Below, in pieces: positions 50,401-59,509 of a DNA stretch of 64,000 nt. The position numbers and the translations under genes are program-made. Origin of the DNA: Sphyrna mokarran (taxonomy: Eukaryota); NCBI GenBank assembly GCA_024679065.1, contig JAGIQG010000003.1, positions 121,148,001 to 121,212,000 on the forward strand. Reading direction: 5' to 3'. Position 1 is the first letter of the stretch, and the number at the start of each line of letters is the position of its first letter. Under the pieces are notes generated by a model. That model saw only the letters and a list, made by a program, of their open reading frames with translations. It was not told the DNA's origin and did not search any database.

Positions 50401-51701
50401 ATTATAGTGCCTGTTGATAGAATGTTGAGTATGTACAGTCTCATCAATATCTCAACAATTTTGTGACAGGAGTTAAGCTTATTTCAAGCAAATATTTCAA
50501 GTCTTGACTACTTTCTCCATATACTGGTCTCCACAAGGAAACAATTAGTATGACCAGCTTCCTTCTGCCTACACCAGAAAATGATGCTTTTGGGAACAAC
50601 TGACTCAGCTGCTGAGGCTTTACTTTGTGAAAAATACCACTGCAGGAAGTTTTTTTGGTGGGTGGAACATCCAATTAAACAAAAGTCCTATGTCAAATGA
50701 AATGGAATAAATAGAGACATCTGCAATGTCTAATCAATATTTATTTAATAAAGTTTGCTAACATAAATGTAGAATTAACAAAACACTGATTGTGCAGATC
50801 TATGGATCTTTTTAAGATTTTTAAAGTAAAAGATAGAGGTAATACAAATTTTCCTAATTACAACTGAGGCAAAAATATAATTTTATTTGGACGAGGTGCT
50901 CATATCTTCCAGCTTGCAGCATTCCCCAAAGGTAATAGTTGGTAGTCTAAAACATTTCTGTTTTCGAGATAATTTTCTCTCGAAAACAACAGTGACCTCA
51001 ATTTATAAGTATTCCATTGGTTCTAAAACAGCTTTTAATGCTTTGTGGTGGTGCTATAATTAATGCAAGTTATTTATTTACAAAAATACAAAATTTCACA
51101 TTGCAACTTCTCTTCCAGCTGATTCAAACCTTTGCTAAATTGTAAAAAATAGGAATAAACGCTTATATCATATTCCTCCTTAGATCAAGTAAAGCACGGT
51201 GCTGCACTGCCAGTTCAAGAATAATTGCAGTTGTAAGCAATTGTAAAGATGTTTATTACGACCAGATATTATAGAAAACAGGTGGTACTTTTGTTGATGA
51301 TTATATTGCAGAAAGTGAAAGGGCAGAGTCTGGAAACAATGTTGGAACTTTCTATTGCTCCAAGATACTAGGATTTATTTATACTTCCCATTTCATTACC
51401 TGATTGCAATTTGAGACAAAGATAACATTCAGCCTTGCACCTCAAGTCCAATTATGCTGTGAACATTTTGAACAAGAAATGACTGTTCTTTCCACTGCAC
51501 ATAAGTAGTTGTTTCTGAATACGCACCTGTCTTTTGGAACTCCTCCAACTGTACATTCTGGAGCCCCTTGATAGCAGTTGCAACAGATTTGAACGCTCCC
51601 TTCAGGCGTTTTCCGAGCACCATGTGATCTGGTTCTGCCCTTAGCAGAATGCCGTACTTGCCTTTGTCTGTGGATAATGTCAGCTGACGGACATTTAGTT
51701 C
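17337..51701 (-). CDS. IARS1: Isoleucyl-tRNA synthetase, cytoplasmic: last nine coding exons (spliced span, 5'-incomplete)
   Basis: Exons of 175+113+96+177+121+126+147+153+83 = 1191 nt splice in frame to ELNVRQLTLSTDKGKYG...LNMKTIYIHVLPTTAES*, closely matching the vertebrate IARS1 C-terminus as I recall it (human ends ...LNMKTVYVSVLPTTADF). All junctions are GT-AG. Confidence 0.98.
21020..21240 (+). mobile_element. HE1-like SINE, internally deleted, with non-CR1 tail
   Basis: Head ggcacggtggttagcactgctgcctcacag; tail gtgacactaataaataaa; ends about 18 nt from the donor site of IARS1 exon 21259-21411. Confidence 0.85.
21259..21411 (-). CDS. IARS1: IARS1 penultimate coding exon, UNE-I repeat 2 (153 nt, phase 1-1)
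   Basis: tacag|AATGC ... GAAG|gtacat; (E)CLNGTVGTLLLENPAGQNGLTYPDLLHETAKVFGLRSKKLKLCLNDTKAE. Confidence 0.97.
21910..22124 (+). mobile_element. Young 5'-truncated CR1 3' end
   Basis: Nearly identical to 60035-60243; CpG retained; (atgttct)n tail; possible TSD aact. Confidence 0.9.
22315..23260 (-). mobile_element. CR1 LINE RT fragment
   Basis: ORF 22750-23271: VTSGVPQESVLGSLLF...INDL...SKLADDTKIGG...WQMEFNPDKC; 15-bp tandem duplication aaaccgaatttatc near 22618-22647. Confidence 0.95.
23785..24100 (-). mobile_element. V-SINE variant with distinct central segment and CR1-type tail
   Basis: V-domain ggaaaccagagcacccagagaaaacccac on plus; 23785-23925 closely matches 61473-61620. Confidence 0.8.
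24155..25180 (-). mobile_element. CR1-clade LINE 3' portion, distinct subfamily with long 3' UTR
   Basis: ORFs 24756-25058 (WQMEFNPDKC...LVRPYLE) and 24310-24672 (LGLFS.ERRRLRGDLIEVYK...WNALP). Confidence 0.93.
25465..25655. mobile_element. MITE (PIF/Harbinger-like)
   Basis: 16-bp TIR ggctgagttttcggcc / ggccgaaaattctgcc (14/16). Confidence 0.7.
26860..27290 (+). mobile_element. Old CR1 3' fragment
   Basis: Degenerate LGLFS...GLIKVFKIM and QRVARTWNAL motifs; tail attctatga. Confidence 0.75.
28560..29530 (-). mobile_element. Old CR1 fragment with nested SINE (about 28700-28890, +)
   Basis: atcatcctagtaaatct and ccatctgcaaattt (KFAD) signatures; the nested SINE matches 5521-5750. Confidence 0.65.
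29118..29148. repeat. Short compound (TC)n(CA)n microsatellite
   Basis: About (tc)7, then tgt, then (ca)7. Confidence 0.9.
30539..30685 (-). CDS. IARS1: IARS1 internal exon, UNE-I repeat 1/2 junction (147 nt, phase 1-1)
   Basis: ttccag|AGCTG ... CAAG|gtatgc; (E)LTNETDLLSLNGKTLYVTSGVAPAEAVRKTDTLLCKYVNLQLVDAMPQ. Confidence 0.96.
31495..31805 (-). mobile_element. HE1-like V-SINE with CR1-type tail
   Basis: atccctacagtgcagaaagaggctattcggccc tail and gaaactggagcacccggaggaaaccc V-domain on plus. Confidence 0.88.
31990..32200 (+). mobile_element. CR1 3' end fragment
   Basis: atcacccatgatctcattaaatgg...gggctgaatg..ctacttctgct..cctatgtcttatg; same type as 1745-1850 (+) and 35931-36295 (-). Confidence 0.7.
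34040..34490 (+). mobile_element. LINE 3' fragment sharing its tail with the second SINE family
   Basis: Ends accactaccttctcaaacacaattaaggatcggcaataaatactgg...gaatgaat, matching the tail at 5480-5800. Confidence 0.65.
35931..36295 (-). mobile_element. CR1 3' end fragment
   Basis: gaaacataagaaataggagcaggaataggccat tail; gcagagaattccagagattcacca (VNLWNSLP). Confidence 0.85.
36795..37572 (+). mobile_element. Rex1/Babar-like LINE 3' portion
   Basis: NNLSINVNKTKEI, FKFLGVQITNNL, HPRHSLFHLLPSGKRYKSL..RLKNSFFPAAVRLLN; tail gtgacaataataaatcaaatca. Confidence 0.9.
37986..38659. mobile_element. Non-autonomous DNA transposon (PIF/Harbinger-like)
   Basis: TIRs gggcctgattttactatt / aatagtaaaattggattc; flanks tat / taa; GC-rich interior. 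Confidence 0.7.
40189..40314 (-). CDS. IARS1: IARS1 internal exon, UNE-I repeat 1 (126 nt, phase 1-1)
   Basis: ttcag|ATGGT ... CACG|gtaaat; (D)GVILLENPKGDNILDFVKLKNVIVKIFKLQTTQLAIYHDKH. Confidence 0.96.
41443..41789 (+). mobile_element. HE1-like V-SINE with CR1-type tail
   Basis: Head ttagcactgctgcctcacagcaccagggacctgggttcaattcc; tail ctgcactgtagagattctatga. Confidence 0.9.
41943..42164. mobile_element. Penelope-like mini-insertion: inverted pLTR pair plus tail
   Basis: 89-bp inverted repeat (85/89); tail ccagtccaacgccagcatctctacat; 10-bp TSD acattactga (41932-41941, 42165-42174); same family as 57641-58585. Confidence 0.9.
42035..42077 (+). ncRNA. Minimal type I hammerhead ribozyme motif (Penelope-associated)
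   Basis: attcgc-CUGACGA-a-GGCC-acaaa-GGCC-GAAA-GCUC-gcugau: intact core boxes, GGCC stem II, palindromic AGCU stem III (dimer type), imperfect stem I. Confidence 0.7.
42335..42620 (-). mobile_element. HE1-like SINE with non-CR1 tail
   Basis: tattagtgtcacaa tail and gagcacccggaggaaac V-domain on plus. Confidence 0.88.
42736..42856 (-). CDS. IARS1: IARS1 internal exon (121 nt, phase 0-1)
   Basis: atag|TTG ... CAAG|gtaaga; LKGSNLDLTLVKGASTISSPSSGLACAYINLEVSADGKKQ. Confidence 0.95.
43649..43825 (-). CDS. IARS1: IARS1 internal exon (177 nt, phase 0-0)
   Basis: tacag|GCC ... CAG|gtaaag; AHLVPSDEITVFYSCQPTGEYLDNVIQNHIDFILGTIKTSLKPYPVPVSAGVIIQEKTQ. Confidence 0.96.
46033..46345 (-). mobile_element. 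HE1-like SINE with non-CR1 tail and short A-run
   Basis: ttttttttaagtttatttattagtgtcac tail; cagacagtgacccaagcc...gaacccaggtccctg head on plus. Confidence 0.88.
46716..46811 (-). CDS. IARS1: IARS1 internal exon (96 nt, phase 0-0)
   Basis: ttttag|GCT ... AAG|gtaagt; ALVLLDVTPDQSMVDEGVAREVINRIQKLRKK. Confidence 0.97.
47090..47240 (-). mobile_element. Rex1/Babar-like extreme 3' end
   Basis: tttgatttatcattgtcacatgt...aagagtgcagaatgtaatgttac. Confidence 0.8.
47349..47417. repeat. Two-copy tandem duplication of about 33-36 bp
   Basis: aaagaaaatgaa(aga)ataggtcta(g/a)aagaggtgtat, twice. Confidence 0.85.
47640..48035 (+). mobile_element. Old CR1 3' fragment
   Basis: LEKLG...VFKIMKGLYRINKEDLF...RHRYK motifs. 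Confidence 0.75.
48529..49084. mobile_element. Non-autonomous DNA transposon (Harbinger-like)
   Basis: Ends ggctgggatttt / aaaatcctggacc; GC-rich interior. Confidence 0.55.
49570..50090 (+). mobile_element. tRNA-derived SINE (second family) with internal insert
   Basis: tggttatgttactggac...ttcagggaaagaaatctgcttccttacc...gaaatggcct; homologous to 5170-5510. Confidence 0.75.
50298..50410 (-). CDS. IARS1: IARS1 internal exon (113 nt, phase 1-0)
   Basis: cag|GCACT ... CAA|gtaagt; (G)TIIVEGHELHEEDLRLLYTFDPSTGISAQYEAHSDAQ. Confidence 0.97.
51527..51701 (-). CDS. IARS1: IARS1 internal exon (175 nt, phase 0-1)
   Basis: tttcaatag|GAACTA ... ACAG|gtgcgt; ELNVRQLTLSTDKGKYGILLRAEPDHMVLGKRLKGAFKSVATAIKGLQNVQLEEFQKT(G). 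Confidence 0.97.
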
Positions 51702-53074
51702 CTATTGAAAATTGAACAAAAAAAAACAAATAAAAACTTAGTACATAATTAAAGACATCTTACAGTTATTAGGAACATCAGTAGAGGCATTTTTAGTGCT
51801 CACTTTTTTTTGGGGGGGGAATTCCCATTTCAATTTGCATATTCTCTCACATTTACTATTTCCTCTGGATTTATACATTTGTATCTATTTTGACCAAGCA
51901 TGTTCAATATTAACCTGTGTATTGTCAACTGTTCCCACATCTGTGAAGGATCTTATTTTGCATTCTGGATTAGTACATTATGTGGCCACCTACTGATGTT
52001 GGAACTCAAAATGAATTTAAGATACCAGTTAGTCTGTAATTCATCACCTGACCATCAATCTATTATTCTATAAATATATAATGTATTGTTTTCACTACAG
52101 TTCAAAGTATAACCATTAAGTCACAAACAGATGACACAATGGGGATATCAGTGAGCACACTGTCAAAGAGAATGATTACTGTTGCTATTTTCTGATTCCA
52201 AGAGACAAGAATATTTTTCCTGCTCCCCTCCCCTCTTTCAGCCGGGAGACAGCAATGCCAAAGGGAGAAAATAAATCTGAGCAACCATAAAATCAAAGCA
52301 CTCAAAAGGCATGAGTTACATTAAAGTGTTTGTTCTACACAACAGACCGATAAGGCATTTTAGTTACAATTGAATTAACTCCTGAAGTGAAACCTGCAGG
52401 AATTCATTAAATTGCAGCTTAAAGACACAAACAATTACATATGAGAAATGTGCAGTTAATTTTTGAAACTCATGCAAACTTTTACATAGCCTGGCATAAG
52501 TGAAGCACTATTTCCACCAGAGAAGACTGCTTAGATCATGGTAATCCAATAGTCCTTTCCAAAGTGTAGAAAATTTGCAGTTCATTTAGCTTAGGTATTA
52601 GGCACTTAGTTTACATTAATTAATTAATTACTAATTTTTGAAGCAACTATCTCATCTCATTGGTATTTAATGCAAAAGATAGTTATTCCTGGCCAGAAAA
52701 TTCATATACAGAGTCAGTTGAGATCTCTATGCAACTGTGTTGGTGAGCAACACTCCTTGTTTACAAATATACACTAAGCACTTGCAACCAGTTAACATTT
52801 GCTACTGGAAATATATCCATTATTGAGAAAAGTGCAGTTTCTGATGTCAAATGCTAAGGACAACATTGGAACATCCAGCTCCATAAGCACTTCAAACCTA
52901 CTGAACGAACTTCAAGTGCGATGCTCATGAAAAAAATCTTTTCCAATTATTGTGGGTTTTAATCAGCCTGCAATCCTTCATAGAAGCAAGACTGACCAGA
53001 ATGTGAAGGCAGAGAGAGACATTTAAAGAAAGCATTTTTACTAGATATAGAAATTGAAATAAGGGAAGGCAGAG

Positions 53075-53842
53075 AAGGACACAGATATGCTCTACAGGGT
53101 AGCTAAGGAAAGGGTAGATCACTCAAAGGACAATGGAAGGAATTTGTATGATGAGCCAGATGAGGTGGGTGAAGTCCTTAATGAGTACTTTGCATCAGTC
53201 TTCACAAAAGAGAAGGATGTGGTTAATGGTGGATGTAGATGGGAGAATGTTGACATAAGACACACTGAGATTAAAAGGGCAGGGGGTATTGGAGATTTTG
53301 AAAAACATTAAAGTGGACAAGGCCCCTAGGGCCAGATAGCGTCTAGCCCAGAATACCAAGAGAGACAAGGGAAAAAACTGCTCAGGCCTTGGCCGAAATC
53401 TTTGTATCGTCTTTATTGTGGTCGAGACATCAGGCGATTGAAGAATAGCTAACATTGCTGTTACGTTTAAAAAGGGCAGAAGAGACAATTAGGAAATTAC
53501 AGGCCTGTGGAACCTTACAACAGTGGTGGGGAAATTATTGGGGAAGATTCTTAGGGACAGAATGTACTCACATCTGGAAGAGAATAGTAATAATATTAGT
53601 GATAGGCAGCATGGTTTTGTGACAAGGAGGTCATGTCTCACAAACTTGATTGAGTTCTTTCAGGAAGTGACAAAAAAAATTGACCAGGGTAGGACAGTGG
53701 ATGTTGTTTACATGGATTTTAGTAAAGCCTTTCATATGGTTCCACATGGCAGTTTGATACAGAAAGTAAAATCATATGGGATCCAAAGTGAGCTGGTAAA
53801 ATGGATTCAAAACTGGTTTGGGCATAGAAAGCAGAGAGTGTT
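53075..53842 (+). mobile_element. CR1 ORF2 fragment (tether and N-terminal RT)
   Basis: EVLNEYFASVFTKE; VVGKLL.KILRDR; QHGFV..RSCLTNLIEFF; DVVYMDFSKAF.MVPH; WIQNW. Confidence 0.93.
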
Positions 53843-54944
53843 TCCCAGTTCTGAAGGAAGGTAATTGTTCTGAAATACCTACACTTCTCTTGCACAGAGA
53901 CTGCTAACTTACTAAATGTTCCAGCATTTTTTGCTTACACAGTGTAACCTCTCCGATTTGGAAATGTGAAATCCGGAAACATCAGTTGTCTGGAAAATTT
54001 TGCAGCAGGTGCACATAACTGGCAGACTCAGCACTTCCAGTGCTGCAACAACGTGAAATACTGAACGTGCTGGTCTTTATGGTTGTACTAACAATCCTGT
54101 TTCTATTGTAGATCAGCTTTGTATCTTGGGGATATACTAAGATATAATGGGAGGGTCAGGAAGATTAAAAAATTGTAAGGAGAATGGGTGAATATAGGTA
54201 CTTGTGTAGGTCACCACTATGTTTTGAGTATTTAGCTAGAATTTTTTTACTTAGACCCTCCATTCACCTTAGAGCCTCCATCCAGTCTACTCATGCCACC
54301 AAGCTTGGGGGTATCACAGCACTCATCTGGCATCTCATCCCTTTGGAGTGCAAGAATGACAATGCTATGTTCCTCCCATCCTCTTGCCAGCCTGCACTTG
54401 GAAAGGTCACTCCCTCAGCTGCGATATTGGTAGGAACCCAGGAAGGAGGACATAACATGCATTGCCTGCATACAGGTTTTCACAACTCCTTTAAAGCCGG
54501 GGGTGCCCCAGCATGAAGGGAAGGTAAGGCCTACAAATGACCTCTCCTGACCGTCTCCCCGAAATGCTGATTCTGGGAACCCCCCCTCCCCACAACCCAT
54601 CCTCACTCCCAAGTTGAACCTATATATGTTATCTGAGTCTTCTTCAATGCTCCTTGAGCAGTGCATACCCTGGAGAGTGCCAGCTGACTGGGCGTTCACC
54701 TCTAAAATCCCCCATGAAGGTGAAAGTGTCAGGTTCAGCCAGTGCCTGCTGAACTCCAATGAGGGAGATGTCCCAGAAAGCACGTTCGCTAATGAGGTAT
54801 TAATGGATCCAAATGAGTTTCCTGTGCTCCGGAGCTATATTACATGCAACTCCACTGGCGAGAGACGGATAATATCAGAACCCTGCTAGCGTAAGTCACG
54901 CTGTCTGGATTATGAGCATGCACAACCACTACTGCAGATGGAGA

Positions 54945-55430
54945 GTACGAGCTTACAATTGCTTCCAAAATGTTTGCTCAATGTCTCTGCCTTTCTCATG
55001 ATAATTTCTCCTGCTTCTGCTTCCAATAGGACCAACATTTACTATAGCTACTCCCTTTTTATATACTTATAAAAACTCTTACAATCTGATTGTATATTTC
55101 TAGCTTGTTTACTCATTCTTTTTCTGCACTTTTTAAATCAACCTTTTTTTATGGTCTTTTGTTGGTTTCTAAAACACTTCCAATCTTTGCAATATCATGA
55201 GCCTCTTCTTTTAATCTAATATTATCCTCAATTTCCTCAGTGAGCCACGGATGGGTTTTTCTTGCTTAGGATTTTGTTTTTCAATTAAAATGTACTTTTG
55301 TTGACCTTTTTGGATTGTTTCTTTAAATATTCTCCACTCTTAATGCCACACCTTCTAGTCTATTTACCCAATCAATCTTAGCCAGTTCTCTGCTCATAAC
55401 TATGCAATTAGCTTGCTTAAGTTTAACATT
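54945..55430 (-). mobile_element. Old CR1 ORF2 fragment
   Basis: tatacttataaaaactctt (KSFYKYI) and gagccacggatg (HPWL) on the minus strand. Confidence 0.6.
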
Positions 55431-56699
55431 TAACACAATAATAACATAGAGAAAACCAGATGGCTTTTACTGGTTAGCCAGATAAGTTTTTTTAAAAAAA
55501 ACTTGTAGTAGTTGTAAACAGATGTAGTGTGTTGTTAAAATACCATAAAATGACCATTCCTACACACAGAAAGCCACATCACTTCAATATCAATAAATTG
55601 ACCTGCAACCTGAACAGAGAAGGCAATGTCTACTTTGTGCAGAAAATATGCTTATTTTTGATATCCAAACAAAAATGGTCAAGAGAATATTATAACAGAA
55701 ATTGACTTAATTGTTCAGCTTTACATTTACAGAAAAAAACAAATCACTTAACAACTCCAGACAATTAATCTGAATAGGTTAATTAATTTATATGCAAATA
55801 ATCAATTTATTCTGGCTAGCTGACCAAATTGAACTGACCTAATAAGCACACCCAAGGCTGGGTCACTTCTCATTGTCAAAATGTTACAGGGTTTTGTTAG
55901 GTGCAAAATAAAACCACGCTCTAAATCATACATTTGCACACCAATGTCAAACGTATTCTATACCTCTTGCTGCAAGTAGCATGCCAACTCTCAGAAAAGC
56001 CTATTTTCTGAAAAATGTAGATTATTCGGAACTCCTTTATGGTTCCCAGGAGCTTGTTTAGGGTTCCTTAGATTAATTTAACCTAATAAAAATAATTTTA
56101 ATCCAATCCTCTGGGCAATTTATATCCTGCCCAATTTTACATTCTATTGAAGTAAATGCAGAATAAAATAGGGTACAAAATATGTCTCCCACTATAATCT
56201 GCTATTTCTTGTGAGGTTAAAATTACCCTTATTTCTCTTGGTGGAAGCTCTTAGCACCAAATTCAACCTTAATCATCACCATTTACATTCTCTTTGTCTT
56301 TTTGTCTATGCCATTTCTATCAATTACAGCACGCCCCAAACAGTATAAACATCTGAATTTCCTTATCTTCGGCTCTGATGAAAGGTCATCCTGACTTGAA
56401 ACACTGGCTCTATTTGCTCTCCACAGAGGCTGTCAGATCTGCTGAGACTTTCCAGCATTTTCTACTTTTGTTTCAGATTTTGTTCTTATTTAAGGAATTT
56501 TTTCGCATCAGTCTGCACCAGATTCAAATCCAGCTGGATAGCTAACACTCTTTTCTATCCTCCCTTCTTGCTGAAGGTTTATTGAATTGAACAGATGAAG
56601 CATTTATAAACAGTGATAGAAAAAAAATTCAGAAATGCACACCTAATTGTAATGCAATGATAAATTTGACAACAGAGAAAACAAAAGGACACAAGAAAA

Positions 56700-57360
56700 A
56701 ATGTGTATTTATGAAGCGCATGTCAGATAACAAAGCATAAATCAGAAGGTCCAAAAATGTCTCACTGCTGATTGATTATTTCTGAAGTCACTGTTACTTA
56801 GTCAGGAAATATCCAAAACCTGATTCCACAAACAATGAAATTGAAAAAAAATCTTATTTGAAGGATAAAGTTAATGCATTAGTCTCAAGTATAGCATACA
56901 TTAACACTGCAGTGAAATTACTATGAAATTCCCCTAGTCGCCACAGTTCACACCTGCTCAGGTTAATGCACCTAACCAGCATGTCTTTCAGACCGTGGGA
57001 GGAAACCGCAGCACCCAGAGGAAACACACGCACATGTAGGGAGAATATGCAGACTCTGCACAGACAGTGACCAAGCCGGGAATCAAACTAGGGTCCTTGG
57101 CGCTGACAGGCAGCAGTGCTAACCACTGTGTCATTCCCTCACTGAAAGTTTTCAATGAGGGATAAACATTGGTCAAATCAAATTAATCCGATGTTCTTTT
57201 TTGAATACTGCCATGGGATCTTTTACCAGTACTTAACTAAGCAAATAAGCAACAGCTTTTCTGAAAGATGGCTTCTCTACCCATGCAACACTGGCATTCA
57301 AGATATTGCACAAAAGTCCTGTTTGCAGGCTTCCAATCACGATCATACTGTTGAAGACTA
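56700..57360 (-). mobile_element. Old Deu-domain-like SINE with HE1-like SINE nested at about 56895-57140
   Basis: ttttgaatactgccatgggatctttta resembles the Deu domain; related remnant near 61900-62180; the nested SINE has the V-domain and the non-CR1 tail. Confidence 0.65.
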
Positions 57361-57640
57361 AATTATCTCCTATTTTCATACTCATTTGGCACAGAATTGT
57401 TTTGGTAAGATCACCCGCTTAAAATTTTTTTGGGAAGATTGCACCCAAAGTGTGGACGCAATACTTCTTAATGGCACAATTCAAAAAGATGCAGAGGATT
57501 TAGCATGGTTTGCTGGCTCAGGTTTATCCATAAGCCAATATTATTAAAAACAGATTTCTTGGTCATTTATTTCACTGTTGCATGTGGGATTTTGCAGTTC
57601 ACAATTTGGTTCCTGTATTTTCCTGTCATACCACAATAAT

Positions 57641-58585
57641 GTCAGTAAAGTCTGGCAACACCAATTTTAAATCCAACCGATTTATTTGATAGTAAATCTG
57701 CAAGCTTTCGGCCTTCGTCAGGCGAATGAGGTGTTCTGGTCTCCAAAAGCACACATATCAGCACAGACAGTTTACAGATTGCTGATTAGAATGCGAATCC
57801 TTACACCTAACCTGCCATTCAAGTCTTAAAGTGGCTAACAGCAGAGGTTAGAGGGATGTGTATTGTCTCCAGACAGCACAGTAAGTGAGGTTTTTTGCCA
57901 ACCTAGGCAAGTCATGGGGGTTACAGATAGTGTGACATGAAGCCAAGATCCCTGTTAAGACCATCCTCGTGTGCGGAACTTGGCTATCAGTCTCTGCTCA
58001 GCGACTCTGCGCTGTCGTGTGTCGTGAAGGCCCCCTTGAAGGACATTTACCCGCAGGTCGGAAGCCGAATGCCCGTCACTGCTGAAGTGTTCGCCCGCAG
58101 GAAGGGAACTGTTTTGCCTGGTGATTGTTCAGCGATGTTCATTCATCCGCTGTCGTAGTGTCTGCATGGTCTCTCCAACATACCATGCTTCGGGACATCC
58201 TTTCTTGCAACGTATTAGGTAGACAACGTTGGCCGAGTTGCAAGAGTATGTACCGTGTACCTGGTGAATGGTATTCTCACGTTTGACGATGTCATCCATG
58301 TCAATGATCCGGCATGTCTTGCAGAGGTTGCTGTGGCAGGGTTGTGTGGTATTGTGGTCCCTGTTCTCCTGAAGGTTGGGTAATTTGCTGTGAACAATGA
58401 TCTGTTTGAGGTTGCGCGGTTGTCTGAAAGCAAGAAGTGGGGGGGTGGGGATGGCCCTAGCGAGATGTTCAGCGTCATCAATGATATGTTGAAGACTCCG
58501 GAGAAGATGTCATAGCTTCTCCACTCCGGAGAAGTGTTGCCAGACTTTACTGAGTTTACCCCAGTCCAATGCCGGCATCTCTACA
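57641..58585 (-). mobile_element. Penelope-like retroelement (Neptune-type), 5'-truncated: GIY-YIG endonuclease, pLTR and inverted tail
   Basis: Minus strand reads PCHSNLCKTC...YSCNSANVVYLIRCKKGCPEAWYVGETMQTLRQRMNEHR*. Perfect 20-bp inverted ends (57642-57661 / 58534-58553); 15-bp TSD tcataccacaataat (57626-57640, 58586-58600). Confidence 0.93.
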
Positions 58586-59509
58586 TCATACCACAATAAT
58601 CACATAAACATTGACTGTGAAGATTTGTGGGCTGTTCTGAGGAGAGAAGAGGCACTACATCAATGAAACTTGAGTTCTTTCTCTCTCAGAAAAAAAAACA
58701 CCAGGCTATCTGCTATAAATCAACATTATAATGTTACTTAGTGCTCATAAAGGGCCGATGCATCACTTTTCAGACATCAGATTGTTTGAAAGGTGGCCTT
58801 AAGATGCTACAAGAGATAACCAGCTCTTGGGCACTCAAGTAGATTTCAAAAGTTGTCATTATTAATGCCTCAATAAATGTTTGAATATTTTTTCCCAGCA
58901 CATTTCCAAAAATACTGCACCGTTTACAATGAATCCAGATAACAGTAAATACTTTGAACCCTCTGAAAAAGTCAAAACAAATCTAAAGAATGTAAGGGCC
59001 AGATAATATGATAATATGGATAGCTGTCCATTTCAAAAAGGCTCGTACCAACAATGGCCAGGACTCTGGTTTGACACTTAGTCAGCATTGCTTTATATCA
59101 AAATCACTGGCTTATTACAAATCCAAGTGCTATTTCTTGGTTGCTTTCAAATAATACAGCAATCCTGATCTCATCCAAAGTATCACTGAAACTGCTGATT
59201 AGCACCAAGCCCATCAAATATACCAAATAATTAACTGAATTACCAACTGAAACAAGTCATTAAACATGCAATAGTTCGTGTAGACTTACAGGATAATCAA
59301 AATGACCAGAAATGGGAAGGAGATTCAGCCTATGTATCCCAATCCAATCCCATATGTTTTCTCTTCCATTTGTACTGGTTGATTAAGTATTAGGTACACT
59401 TAAACTTGCGCTGGGAGTGGGGTGGTGAGTGAATAGCTCAGTTATTGAATAAGCACTATACCATACCTTTCAGAAGAGGCAGACTGAGACAGTAGAATAG
59501 CCAGAAAAT

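Noticed and set aside
54184-54889. Overlapping ORFs in a GC-rich patch
   Set aside because: Probably the interior of another non-autonomous transposon; no recognisable protein, and termini could not be defined.
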